64,000 nucleotides of DNA, from positions 18,803 through 82,802 of the IMG/VR virus record IMGVR_UViG_2913820460_000006; one strand, written 5' to 3'. Under the pieces are notes generated by a model. It saw only the letters and a list, made by a program, of their open reading frames with translations, did not search any database and had not been told where the DNA came from. The first letter of the stretch is position 1; each line of letters opens with the position of its first letter. The position numbers and the translations under genes were made by a program. Shown here in pieces: positions 1-9,667 of the stretch. The DNA comes from a virus. Its lineage: Duplodnaviria > Caudoviricetes.

Positions 1-2550
1 ATCAATAATGGGGCAACCAATGCAGACCAAACCGACTATGCCGGACTTACAGCCCTTACAGGTATGGATAATGTTACCGATGCTGAAACGGAAGCACAGA
101 TAATGGTTAACGATTACGAACAGGCACATGACACTGCCGACCTTTGGAAAAAAGTCAATGCTGTGAGCAAAGCAATACTTTCAAAGTCATACGAATGTGG
201 CATGATGAGCAAAGCGACCTTTGACAAGATTTCAGATATGTATGATTTTTATATTCCGTTACGTGGTTTTGATGAAAAGACCAGTACTGAAGCATACGCA
301 TATCTGACGCACAAGCAAAGTGCATTCAATGCTCCTATCAAGAAAGCGGAAGGACGAAGGTCGAAAGCGGATGACCCTTTTGCCAACCTGCAATCAATGG
401 CAGAAGGTGCTATCATGCAGGGCAACCGGAACAAATTGGTAAAACAGCGTTTCCTTAATTTCGCACTTAACCATCCGAGCGACCTTGTCAGTGTGAGCGA
501 CATTTGGGTAGAATACGATACGGTGACCAACGAATGGAAGCCTGTGTTTCCTGACAACATAGACAGTACAGACACCCCCGAAGAAGTAGAACGGAAGATG
601 CTGGACTTTGAAACAAAGATGAAATCGCTGGCACAGCAATACCCTGACCGATACAAGCATGGAAAAGATACCGTGAATATTCCTTACCGTATTGTGGAAA
701 GCAGGGATATGAGGCAGCACCAAATTATTGTGAAGCGTGGCGGCAGGGACTATGTGATTACCATTAACGGCAATCCCCGTGCGGCACAGGCATTGAACGG
801 ACAGACAAATCCCGATAACGACATGTCGGGGGCAATCGGGGCTATTCTCCGTGCAGGAGAAAATATCAACCGACAGTTGAGTGCGTTCTATACTACACGA
901 AACCCGGACTTCATCGTGTCGAACTTTATGCGAGATATGTTATACACCAATACCATGACCTGGATAAGGGAAAGCCCGAACTACGCACTGCGTTTTCATC
1001 GCAATTATATGTATGCCAACCCTGTAAGAATAAAGCAACTCTTGGCAAAACACCGCAAAGGGACACTTGACATGGGCAACAAGACGGAAGCGATGTTTCA
1101 TCAGTTCATGATGAACGGAGGAGAAACAGGCTACGCCAATATCCGTGACATTGAACAGCATAAAAACGACATACGCAGGGAACTGAAAAAATCGAGCGGC
1201 AAGATTCCTGTAAAAAAAGCATGGGACTTGTTGGGCGAACGTTTCGATGAGTACAACCGAGCCGTTGAGAACTGCGCCCGTTTTGCCGCTTTCATGACAT
1301 CACGTGAAATGGGCAGGAGCATTGACAGGTCCATTTATGATGCAAAGGAAATAAGCGTGAACTTCAACAAGAAAGGCAGCGGAGCAAAATTCTATGACAG
1401 TACAGGGCAGACAAAGGCAGGTAACGCCAGTGCATTGGTATCTGGGCTTGGTCGTAGCGGTTATGTATTTTGGAATGCCGCCATTCAAGGTACGACAAAC
1501 TTTGGGCGACAGGTGAAACGCCATCCAGCCAAATCCTTTACAGGCATTGCGGCGATGTTCCTTCTTGGTGCCATTGTTGCCTACTTGGGTGGCGATGATG
1601 ATGACGATGATGACAAGAACGCATACTACAATCTTCCCGAATATGTAAGGCGCAGCAATATTCTTTTCCGTGCAGGAAACAGTTGGGTATCCATTCCTCT
1701 TCCGGTAGAATACAGGGCAGTTTACGGCATGGGCGAACTGATGATTTCCATCCTTAATGGGAAGGAACATCTAACAGGTGGCGAAATAGCCGAATCCATA
1801 ACAGGACAGGTTACACAAATATTGCCGATTGACCTCTTGGAGGGCGGAGGCGGACTGAACGCTTTTGTGCCGAGTGCCTATAAACCCCTGTGGGAAGCCT
1901 ACGTTGCGGAAAAGAGCTGGACGGGTATGCCTTTGTACAAGGACACCCCTTGGAATAAGGATATGCCCGAATGGACAAAAGCATACAAGAGTGCCAACAA
2001 ATACATTGTCGGGCTTGCAAATGTCATGAACGAAGCTACTGGCGGTGATTCTTACACAAAAGGTGCTATCGACTTCAATCCTGCCAAGATTGAATATATG
2101 CTGAACGGTTATTTCGGTGGCGTGTTCGGAACAATCGACAAGTTGAGCAAGACAGTAGAAACCGTTACAGGCAACCGTGAGTATGACCCTCGTAGCTTCT
2201 TGTTGGCAAACAGACTGGTCAAAGCCGGGGACGAACGCACCGAGTACAGGGCTGTGAACAATGAGTATTTCCGATTGAAAGAGGAGCATGACCGATTGAA
2301 ATCCCGATTAAAGCACTATGAGGAAGATACCGACAACGACATATTTGACTATGCGGAAAAGATTGATTTCCTTTACAATTCACCCGAATACGAGCGGTAT
2401 GAAATTTTTGAGGATTATCGTAGGGATATTGACGACCTCTATAATGAACTGAATGACACAGTTGATGATGAGGAACGTAAGAATATTGAGGCTGAATTGA
2501 ATGAACTCAAAAAGGAAATGATAGAAGAAATGAACAAAACCCGTAAATAG
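1..2550 (+). CDS. C-terminal part of a giant virion/ejection-type protein with an LPD38-like domain (5' truncated)
   Basis: The frame is open from base 1 (INNGATNADQ... into the 828-aa ORF). YYNLPEYVRRSNILF...WVSIPLPVEY resembles LPD38. It has one hydrophobic segment (FTGIAAMFLLGAIVAYLG) and lies directly upstream of the portal. Confidence 0.65.
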   Translation: MNNGATNADQTDYAGLTALTGMDNVTDAETEAQIMVNDYEQAHDTADLWKKVNAVSKAILSKSYECGMMSKATFDKISDMYDFYIPLRGFDEKTSTEAYAYLTHKQSAFNAPIKKAEGRRSKADDPFANLQSMAEGAIMQGNRNKLVKQRFLNFALNHPSDLVSVSDIWVEYDTVTNEWKPVFPDNIDSTDTPEEVERKMLDFETKMKSLAQQYPDRYKHGKDTVNIPYRIVESRDMRQHQIIVKRGGRDYVITINGNPRAAQALNGQTNPDNDMSGAIGAILRAGENINRQLSAFYTTRNPDFIVSNFMRDMLYTNTMTWIRESPNYALRFHRNYMYANPVRIKQLLAKHRKGTLDMGNKTEAMFHQFMMNGGETGYANIRDIEQHKNDIRRELKKSSGKIPVKKAWDLLGERFDEYNRAVENCARFAAFMTSREMGRSIDRSIYDAKEISVNFNKKGSGAKFYDSTGQTKAGNASALVSGLGRSGYVFWNAAIQGTTNFGRQVKRHPAKSFTGIAAMFLLGAIVAYLGGDDDDDDDKNAYYNLPEYVRRSNILFRAGNSWVSIPLPVEYRAVYGMGELMISILNGKEHLTGGEIAESITGQVTQILPIDLLEGGGGLNAFVPSAYKPLWEAYVAEKSWTGMPLYKDTPWNKDMPEWTKAYKSANKYIVGLANVMNEATGGDSYTKGAIDFNPAKIEYMLNGYFGGVFGTIDKLSKTVETVTGNREYDPRSFLLANRLVKAGDERTEYRAVNNEYFRLKEEHDRLKSRLKHYEEDTDNDIFDYAEKIDFLYNSPEYERYEIFEDYRRDIDDLYNELNDTVDDEERKNIEAELNELKKEMIEEMNKTRK

Positions 2551-2551
2551 T

Positions 2552-2586
2552 TAAACATAGGATGATTGCCCGGAGCAGTATATTTG
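2552..2586 (+). promoter_or_regulatory. Putative promoter of the portal operon
   Basis: Bacteroidetes -7 box TATATTTG (2579-2586), with TAAACAT 20 nt upstream, 29 nt before the ATG. Confidence 0.55.
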
Positions 2587-2615
2587 TTCCGCGCAATCAT
2601 TAAAATGATAAAAAT

Positions 2616-4586
2616 ATGCATATAAATAAAAGCGAAAGAAAATTGCTGCCAATGAGCCGTATAGCTCCGGGAAGAAATGATGCCGCCGAGATAGATACTG
2701 TTGTTTCTGCAAAACGTTATGGTGACCGCAGGGCATTTGACATTCTTATGGAAGCACAATACTATTGGAGCCAGATGGACGACTTTCGGAAAGACCGGGA
2801 GCGAAACAAACGCTATACCTATGGTTTCCAATGGGACGATATGATTTGTGTGGACGGAAAATCCATGAGCGAGGAAGAATACATTAAAAGTCAAGGCAAC
2901 GTGCCTTTGAAAAACAACCTTATCCGTAGGCTTGTGCGAAGCGTGCTTGGCGTGTATCGAAGCCAAAGTAAAGAACCGACCTGTACCGCACGTGATCGGG
3001 ATGAACAGAAACTTGGTGAAACGATGAGTACGATACTTCAATGCAACATGCAGCTTAACCGAATGAACGATGTATATGCCCGAACTATGGAAGAGTTCCT
3101 GATAAGCGGTTTTATCGTTCACCGTAAATCGTACGGTTGGCGTAATGGAAAAGAGGATTGTTGGACGGACTATGTGCAACCCAATAATTTCTTTATCGAC
3201 AACAACATGAGAGATTTCAGAGGTTGGGATGTTTCCGTGCTTGGAGAAGTTCACGACATTTCTTTCGGACAGTTGTGTGAACAGTTCGCATCAAGTCCGC
3301 AGGAATACAGACAATTGCGTGACATTTACAAGTGGGCGGCAAGGAAAGATTACATAGCCACATACGCGGAGCGTTTCGGGTATAGCCGCTTGGAAAACTA
3401 CGATTTTCTATTCACAAGCGAACCAGGACGATGCCGTGTGATAGAGATATGGCGCAAGGAGCAAAAACCGAGATACCGTTGCCATGACTACCAAAACGGC
3501 GATATTTTCAAAATAGACGAAGAAGATTACGCACAAGTGGTGCTTACTGAAAATGAAGAACGTATGCGTATGGCCAAGGAAGCCGGTATGCCGGAAGATG
3601 AGGTTCCGTTGATAAAAGCTACTTGGTTTGTGGACGATTATTGGTATTTCTATTACCTTTCTCCTTTTGGCGACATATTGAGGGAGGGGGAAACGCCTTA
3701 CGAGCATGGAAGCCATCCATATGTTTTCAAGGCATATCCGTTCATTGATGGTGAAATCCATTCATTCGTTGCTGATGTAATCGACCAACAGCGATATACC
3801 AACCGATTGATAACCCTCTATGACTGGATAATGCGGGCGAGTGCCAAAGGCGTGCTGATGATGCCCGAAGATTGCTTGCCTGATGGTATGAGCATTGACG
3901 ATATTGCAGAGAGCTGGACAGAATTTAACGGTGTCATCGTATACAAGCCGAGCAAAAGCGGAAAAGTGCCGGAACAGGTGGCCAATAATTCCACAAATAT
4001 AGGCATTGCGGAACTGCTTAATATGCAACTCAAATTTTTTGAAGATATATCGGGAGTTACGGGCGCATTACAAGGAAAGCCCGGGTATTCCGGTGAAAGT
4101 GCATCGCACTATAACCAACAGACAGAAAACGCCACGAAGTCATTGCTCGACCTGCTTGAATGCTTCAGTTGTTTTGTAGTGGACGGAGCATATAAGGATG
4201 TGAAGAATATGCAGCAGTTTTATGATAGCAAACGTGTTTTCAATATTGCAGGTAAGAGTGGTGCACAAATCGAATATGACCCGAAGAAAATACGTGATGT
4301 AGAATTTGATTTAAGCATTACCGAAAGCACTTCAACACCGGCATACAGGCATCTTGCTAACGATATGCTTATGCAGTTGTACCAGTCTCAGGCAATCAGT
4401 GTAGAGCAGCTGCTTGAGCATGGAGATTTCCCGTTTGCAGATGAATTGTTGCAAAGTATCAAATCACAGAAGGAACAGTTGGAGCAGGGCAAAGTGCCCG
4501 ACGGTCTTTCTCCCGAACTGATGGCGCAAGCGCAGCAAGGAGCGAATATGCAGGCCGTGAACAAACTGAACAATGCAATGAGGTAA
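2616..4586 (+). CDS. Phage portal protein (P22/podophage-like)
   Basis: 656 aa, helical; RDRERNKRYTYGFQW, NLIRRLVRSVLG and DQQRYTNR segments are typical of P22-like portals; lies next to the terminase. Confidence 0.8.
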   Translation: MHINKSERKLLPMSRIAPGRNDAAEIDTVVSAKRYGDRRAFDILMEAQYYWSQMDDFRKDRERNKRYTYGFQWDDMICVDGKSMSEEEYIKSQGNVPLKNNLIRRLVRSVLGVYRSQSKEPTCTARDRDEQKLGETMSTILQCNMQLNRMNDVYARTMEEFLISGFIVHRKSYGWRNGKEDCWTDYVQPNNFFIDNNMRDFRGWDVSVLGEVHDISFGQLCEQFASSPQEYRQLRDIYKWAARKDYIATYAERFGYSRLENYDFLFTSEPGRCRVIEIWRKEQKPRYRCHDYQNGDIFKIDEEDYAQVVLTENEERMRMAKEAGMPEDEVPLIKATWFVDDYWYFYYLSPFGDILREGETPYEHGSHPYVFKAYPFIDGEIHSFVADVIDQQRYTNRLITLYDWIMRASAKGVLMMPEDCLPDGMSIDDIAESWTEFNGVIVYKPSKSGKVPEQVANNSTNIGIAELLNMQLKFFEDISGVTGALQGKPGYSGESASHYNQQTENATKSLLDLLECFSCFVVDGAYKDVKNMQQFYDSKRVFNIAGKSGAQIEYDPKKIRDVEFDLSITESTSTPAYRHLANDMLMQLYQSQAISVEQLLEHGDFPFADELLQSIKSQKEQLEQGKVPDGLSPELMAQAQQGANMQAVNKLNNAMR

Positions 4587-4607
4587 TAATTTTAATTTAA
4601 CGACATC

Positions 4608-5072
4608 ATGGAACAGAAAACTATTTGTATAGACTTTGACGGTGTCATACATGACTACAGCAAAGGTTGGCAGGGTGAAGATGTATTCGGGCAGATAATA
4701 CCGAACGCAGATACAGGTACAGCCACCCTAAAGAAAAACGGGTGGACTATCATCATATTTACGACACGCAAGAAAACTGAAAAATTAGAAAAGTGGTTGG
4801 AAGAAAACAATATTTCATACGACCATATAAACGAGAACCCGAATCAACCTGAACATGCAAGCGGAAAAATCATAGCCGATGTGTACCTTGATGACCGGGG
4901 TATCTGTTTCAGAGGACGGTGGGATTCATGGCTTATGAGAGATATTATAGAGTTTGAGCCTTGGCAGGAACAACAAAAGAGAGAAATAGAGCAACTTGCG
5001 ACATATGGCCAAACCGAAGATGATATTTGGTCAAGAGGCAACGAGAAAAGAATCAAACAAGCCCATGTTTAG
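4608..5072 (+). CDS. HAD-superfamily hydrolase/phosphatase
   Basis: N-terminal CIDFDGVI (DxD motif I), IFTTR (motif II) and KIIADVYLDDR (motifs III/IV). Confidence 0.75.
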   Translation: MEQKTICIDFDGVIHDYSKGWQGEDVFGQIIPNADTGTATLKKNGWTIIIFTTRKKTEKLEKWLEENNISYDHINENPNQPEHASGKIIADVYLDDRGICFRGRWDSWLMRDIIEFEPWQEQQKREIEQLATYGQTEDDIWSRGNEKRIKQAHV

Positions 5073-5082
5073 CGGATAAAGT

Positions 5083-5122
5083 ATGAGGGTGTATCAACTG
5101 AAGATATTTGGCACACCCTCAT
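5083..5122. terminator. Probable bidirectional terminator hairpin
   Basis: 10-bp inverted repeat ATGAGGGTGT/ACACCCTCAT between convergent operons. Confidence 0.6.
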
Positions 5123-5134
5123 GTCTAATTATTA

Positions 5135-5359
5135 TTATTCTTTGGACAGTTGGAATTTCTCTATCCAGACATCTTCCTCTCCATTGTCGAAATCAACAAC
5201 ACAGGCTTCATTCGGAATATCCAATTCCTTGACCGTACCAATGACACCATTATCGTTGCATATTACCCGGTCCCCAACTTTGAACTTATTGATATTGTCA
5301 AGTGCGAGCGGGTCGTTGGTCAGTGTGGCTATACCGTCAATGTTTCCGTACTTTCCCAT
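5135..5359 (-). CDS. Small hypothetical protein (SH3/KOW-like beta protein)
   Basis: Likely start MGKYGN overlaps the upstream stop; FKVGDRV...GTVKE...VVDFDNG pattern. Confidence 0.55.
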   Translation of the reverse strand: MGKYGNIDGIATLTNDPLALDNINKFKVGDRVICNDNGVIGTVKELDIPNEACVVDFDNGEEDVWIEKFQLSKE

Positions 5360-5690
5360 TCTCTTTGGTATTTGAAAATGAATCAAGCCATGAGAAATAC
5401 TGTTTTCGTTTCAATGCAATAACAGCAGAAGGAAGCATAGCTGAACCGTTTCCATAAGTCGTGCAGTAGAAGCATTCGCGTTCAAGGTCGCCCACAAACG
5501 TATTATGATTGATGTAGCCTTTCTGTTTCAACTTACGGAAATTCTTTCTATCCATAATGATAAGTTGACCTTTTTTCCCACCGGCAGGCATAACGTAGTA
5601 ACGTTCTCCAGTTTCTTTGTGTTTTTCGTCTGCCTGTCTGACTGCTTCACGTAAACGAAGCGAAGCTCTGATTTTTCTGAAAATGTTCAT
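5337..5690 (-). CDS. Hypothetical phage protein
   Basis: 117-aa ORF in the terminase operon with tight spacing. Confidence 0.65.
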   Translation of the reverse strand: MNIFRKIRASLRLREAVRQADEKHKETGERYYVMPAGGKKGQLIIMDRKNFRKLKQKGYINHNTFVGDLERECFYCTTYGNGSAMLPSAVIALKRKQYFSWLDSFSNTKENGKVRKH

Positions 5691-5714
5691 TGTTCCTTGT
5701 TTTTATAGTTAAAC

Positions 5715-7811
5715 TTATATTGTAGCTGCTGAAACAGCTTTTTTCTTTTTGATAACAAATCGTCCGATACGAAGCACAATCTTTGGAATTTCCATTTCAA
5801 AGAAACATATATGCAAGCCTATGGCTCTTGTCATTAGCAAGTCATCATGTTTACCGGTAATCGCTCCGAAAGCTCCGTTCGGTTTTTTCTCGTAACACAA
5901 ATATTCGTCCAGGCAACGTTCGTCACGTTCTGTGTATAAATTCTCACGAATAACCTTGACTAAGGTTGATATAATCATTGGTTTGGTTGAGACATTGGTA
6001 TGGAAGCCGTATTTGGTAGGCAATCCCTCGCGTACGGCTTCTTCGGACTGACCACGTGCATAGAGATTAGGGTAAATCTCTTTGATTTGATTAAGGATGA
6101 ACTGTGACTGGTCGCCATCTACCTGCCGCTCCTTGTCATGCGTTTCCAAGGTGTTGCTTTCTATCACCAAGAGTGAATTGTCATAAAAAGCCGCTATTTG
6201 TGCCGCTTTCCACGCAAGCTGGTCGATGTCGCAATGTCCGTACCATTGTGCCACTACGACAGGCTTGCCACCATCAATCATAAACAGACGGTCAAGCACA
6301 AGAACAACAGAGAAGTCTGCTTTATTGGAGCGTCCACCCACATCGACAATCGTGAGGTAACGATTTGTAACAACTTCCTTTTCATCTGTTTCCGGCAACT
6401 CCCAAATATGCAACAATCCCTGTTTGTCTTTCACAAAACGCAAGTTCTGCAAAGCGTTCTTGCCCTCATCCGCATCGGCACAGACTTCACCGACATATTT
6501 AGGTTTCTTGCAGGTCTTACGCATTGCATCGACCTTGTATTTGTCGAACACACGTGCTCCCGAATGTACGAAGGCTTCCACATCATCAGACGGAAATTCG
6601 GCAGCCATCTGCCCATGGTCATTGTACTTCCTGCGTTCGGCTATGTACCAATGGATAGCTTCGAGCGTAGCACCTTTTTCCCACAGCGACCAAAGATACT
6701 TACCGCATTCCTCACGTTCGGAATCTGTATTTTCATTGTCCCGATTCTGATAAAGCCATTCTGCAAAATCCCATTTTTCTTTGTCCGAATCAAAAGCGAG
6801 TGTATATTGCTCGATGTCGAACCATGAAACGAACATTGCCTCGAACTGGGATTTCCCTTCTTTTGCGGCAGTATATTCGCGATGAAAGAAGTTCCCGGTG
6901 CCATTTGCTGTGCTTTCATAAACAATCATGGTGTAGGGCTTGAGGAGAATACCCGAACAGGCGGAGCGCACAATGTCTTCCGGTTTCTTTCCCTCCGTAG
7001 CCTTCCATATTCCCACTTCGGAGAGATGTACAAGATTGTAATCACCGCCACGACACGAATCCGGGCGTTCAGCCGTACCAATCTTGATTTTGCAGTTACG
7101 CTGCGGAATACGCGATATACTTCCCGATTTTCCCACTCCTACAATCTTCGGCTCGTTCTCATTGTAGGCTTCATCAATTTTATAGAGCATTTCGACAGGA
7201 TAACTTTTAATCATCCGGTCGAACATATCCTTGATTTCATCGGAGCCTGCGCCCTGATGTGCAATGATAAGTGAGTTTAAGCCGGTTTTGTGAAGCAGCT
7301 GCAACCATGCCATATAAAGCTGTGAAGTGGTGGAACCACCCCATTGCCGTGCTTTAAGCAGGATGATGCGTATCGGTTTCCCTGCAATACGCAATTTCTC
7401 AAGCCGATCCACAAAACGCCGTTGAGGTCTTGTCAGACGAAACAGGACATCCTCACCGCCGCCTTTGGCCTTGATATAGACAAATGTTGCCGCCCAAAAC
7501 GGAAAATCCTCGCGGCTGCGTATTCGTACAAACTGCTCTATGACCTTCAAGCGATCATCCTGATTGTCTTCCACGCCCATGTAGTCCGTGAGAAATTTGG
7601 AAATAGAACCGGCTTCGATGAGTTGGCGTACAAGCGGCACTTTCATGATACGTTCCGGTAACCACTGGGTATGTATAGGAAAGTCACTGATGGTACACTT
7701 TACACGTTTACCGACAGAACCTTCTCCGGTAATTGGATTGAACTTTGCATATACAATCGCATTGCGGCGTTCATTCTCTGTCAATATGTCCTTGATGGCC
7801 TTATCTTTCAT
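5715..7811 (-). CDS. terL: Terminase large subunit
   Basis: Walker A-like ILLKARQWGGSTT, Walker B-like LVHLSE, ESTANG motif, nuclease acidic motifs IVDVGG and HDDLLM. Confidence 0.93.
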   Translation of the reverse strand: MKDKAIKDILTENERRNAIVYAKFNPITGEGSVGKRVKCTISDFPIHTQWLPERIMKVPLVRQLIEAGSISKFLTDYMGVEDNQDDRLKVIEQFVRIRSREDFPFWAATFVYIKAKGGGEDVLFRLTRPQRRFVDRLEKLRIAGKPIRIILLKARQWGGSTTSQLYMAWLQLLHKTGLNSLIIAHQGAGSDEIKDMFDRMIKSYPVEMLYKIDEAYNENEPKIVGVGKSGSISRIPQRNCKIKIGTAERPDSCRGGDYNLVHLSEVGIWKATEGKKPEDIVRSACSGILLKPYTMIVYESTANGTGNFFHREYTAAKEGKSQFEAMFVSWFDIEQYTLAFDSDKEKWDFAEWLYQNRDNENTDSEREECGKYLWSLWEKGATLEAIHWYIAERRKYNDHGQMAAEFPSDDVEAFVHSGARVFDKYKVDAMRKTCKKPKYVGEVCADADEGKNALQNLRFVKDKQGLLHIWELPETDEKEVVTNRYLTIVDVGGRSNKADFSVVLVLDRLFMIDGGKPVVVAQWYGHCDIDQLAWKAAQIAAFYDNSLLVIESNTLETHDKERQVDGDQSQFILNQIKEIYPNLYARGQSEEAVREGLPTKYGFHTNVSTKPMIISTLVKVIRENLYTERDERCLDEYLCYEKKPNGAFGAITGKHDDLLMTRAIGLHICFFEMEIPKIVLRIGRFVIKKKKAVSAATI

Positions 7812-8319
7812 GGTGCATGATTTTAACAGGCTTGTTTAGCAGAGCCATGATGAGTCCCAATACATAACACCAAAGATGCAATACGGCATTTATGCCCGGA
7901 AACAGGAAGCCTGCCACAAGGTAAAACAGCATCCATAACTGATAATACCGTTTACGTAATACCTCAAACGATATTGAACCAAACAGGGCGAAAACCAATC
8001 CGGACAATCCTACCGTTGGCGAATCCATTGTCGTGAAATATCCAAGGGTATCAACTGGAACTGTAACAGCAATCATATAGGCTGACAGCAATCTTCCTAT
8101 CCCAATATCGTAAATGAAAATAATCGATAATAAACACCATGAATTGAGCAAGGCATGAAACATATTCGTATGGAAAAACGGATACAGCAAGCGTTCTGGC
8201 ATATTACTTCCAGCGTAAATGCCGACAGTTTGCCAATCCCATTCTCCTGAAAATGACAAACACACAATCATGGCAGAAATCAGGAGAGCCGTAATCTTCT
8301 CAACTTTTCTTGCATCCAT
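7801..8319 (-). CDS. Rhomboid-family intramembrane serine protease
   Basis: Multi-TM 172 aa; RLLYPFFH (WR/FxH loop equivalent), HALLN (HxxxN), catalytic GLSG and a distal His (VLHLW); stop overlaps the terL start. Confidence 0.8.
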   Translation of the reverse strand: MDARKVEKITALLISAMIVCLSFSGEWDWQTVGIYAGSNMPERLLYPFFHTNMFHALLNSWCLLSIIFIYDIGIGRLLSAYMIAVTVPVDTLGYFTTMDSPTVGLSGLVFALFGSISFEVLRKRYYQLWMLFYLVAGFLFPGINAVLHLWCYVLGLIMALLNKPVKIMHHER

Positions 8320-8714
8320 CGTTTTTTAGCCTTGCATATCATCATCTTGGCACTACCCGGCGTGAGGTAGAATTTCGGTGCGGGTTGAGCAATCACTTTA
8401 GCACACAGCTCAGAAATGGTAAGTTCCGGGTATTCTGATTTGAGAGCGACAACCCTTGTATGAATTTCCTCATACATTTCTTTCTTCAACGGCCGCATAC
8501 CGCTTAAATCGTTCTCACCCCTCATCATGACGGAAACGACCAATGCTGCACGAATATCGCTGACCCAAAACCTCCGGGACGGCATGTTTACAATTACTTT
8601 ATACACTTCAGGCATACGGATATAATCACACGATGAAATGTATTCATCGTATGCTCTCATCAAGTCGTTCATACGCTCCATAGAGTATTCCATAACTGCT
8701 CCTTTATGCTTCAT
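8280..8714 (-). CDS. Hypothetical protein, possibly DNA-binding (small terminase or late activator candidate)
   Basis: First gene of the terminase operon; start moved to MKHKG (8714), downstream of the -7 box; basic C-terminus with a helix-turn-helix-like pattern. Confidence 0.55.
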   Translation of the reverse strand: MKHKGAVMEYSMERMNDLMRAYDEYISSCDYIRMPEVYKVIVNMPSRRFWVSDIRAALVVSVMMRGENDLSGMRPLKKEMYEEIHTRVVALKSEYPELTISELCAKVIAQPAPKFYLTPGSAKMMICKAKKRWMQEKLRRLRLS

Positions 8715-8734
8715 TTTTCTTCCCGTTATAGTAC

Positions 8735-8797
8735 CAAAGTTACCAATAGGAGCGTAAAAAGATAAACATGACATTCTGCTTTCCCTGCCTATTTTTG
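8735..8797. promoter_or_regulatory. Back-to-back divergent promoters (terminase operon / capsid operon)
   Basis: Minus-strand TAACTTTG (8742-8735) and plus-strand TATTTTTG (8790-8797), each exactly 20 nt from a central TAAACAT (8763-8769). Confidence 0.6.
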
Positions 8798-8834
8798 TCT
8801 TGTAGAATCTGACTATAAATTAAATTTTTGAATT

Positions 8835-9626
8835 ATGTCTAATAATACGGAAGTTAAGAGCAATCGCGAGCGATACACAGAGCGATTGAAAGCAAAGTAT
8901 CCGGACAGAGAATTTGCCGATGATGAAGCGTTATTCGGTCAAATCAATGACGATTACGATGGTTACGACAAGGAATTGTCCGGTTACAAGGAACGTGAAA
9001 AAGCGCTGTCCGACCTGTTTGCAAGCAACCCGCAAAGTGCCGCTTTCCTTACTGACTGGAGAAAAGGCGAAGACCCTATCATCGGTATGGTGCGCAAATT
9101 CGGGGATGATTTCAAGGCCGCACTTGAAGACCCCGAAAAGCAGGAGGCACTTGCAGCCGCCAACAAGGAATTTGCGGAACGAATCGCCCAAGAGAAAGAG
9201 TACGAGGGAGAGTATCAGAAGAACCTCGACGAAACCCTGACCACCCTTGAAGCCATGCAACAGGAAGAAGGATTGCCGGATGAGGACATCGACAGCGCAA
9301 TGGATTTCCTTGTAGGCATTGTACGTGACGGAATCATGGGTAAGTTTACACGTGAAAGTATAGAAATGGCCATAAAAGCAATCAGGCACGACAGCGATGT
9401 GGAAGCTGCCGGACACGAGGGTGAAGTAAAGGGGCGCAACAGCAAGATTGAAGAAAAACTACGCAAAGCAGGCAAAAATGACGGTACAGCCGACCTTGCC
9501 GGTAAAAACGGTGGTGGCAGTGGCGGTTCACGACAGATGCCTGACCTCGGTGCAATCGGGCGTTATGATGGTACACAGAACATTTGGGAGCGTGGCGGTG
9601 AAAAACGCAAGGCGATAAACAGATAA
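8835..9626 (+). CDS. Probable capsid scaffolding protein
   Basis: 263 aa, highly charged and helical, Gly-rich C-terminal tail, immediately upstream of the capsid gene. Confidence 0.6.
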   Translation: MSNNTEVKSNRERYTERLKAKYPDREFADDEALFGQINDDYDGYDKELSGYKEREKALSDLFASNPQSAAFLTDWRKGEDPIIGMVRKFGDDFKAALEDPEKQEALAAANKEFAERIAQEKEYEGEYQKNLDETLTTLEAMQQEEGLPDEDIDSAMDFLVGIVRDGIMGKFTRESIEMAIKAIRHDSDVEAAGHEGEVKGRNSKIEEKLRKAGKNDGTADLAGKNGGGSGGSRQMPDLGAIGRYDGTQNIWERGGEKRKAINR

Positions 9627-9667
9627 ATATAAACCAATTACATTTTTAACTTTTAAAATTTCGAGCA

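Noticed and set aside
1594-1617. DDDDDDDK resembling a FLAG/enterokinase tag
   Set aside because: It is embedded in natural phage sequence, lacks DYK, and has no vector context.
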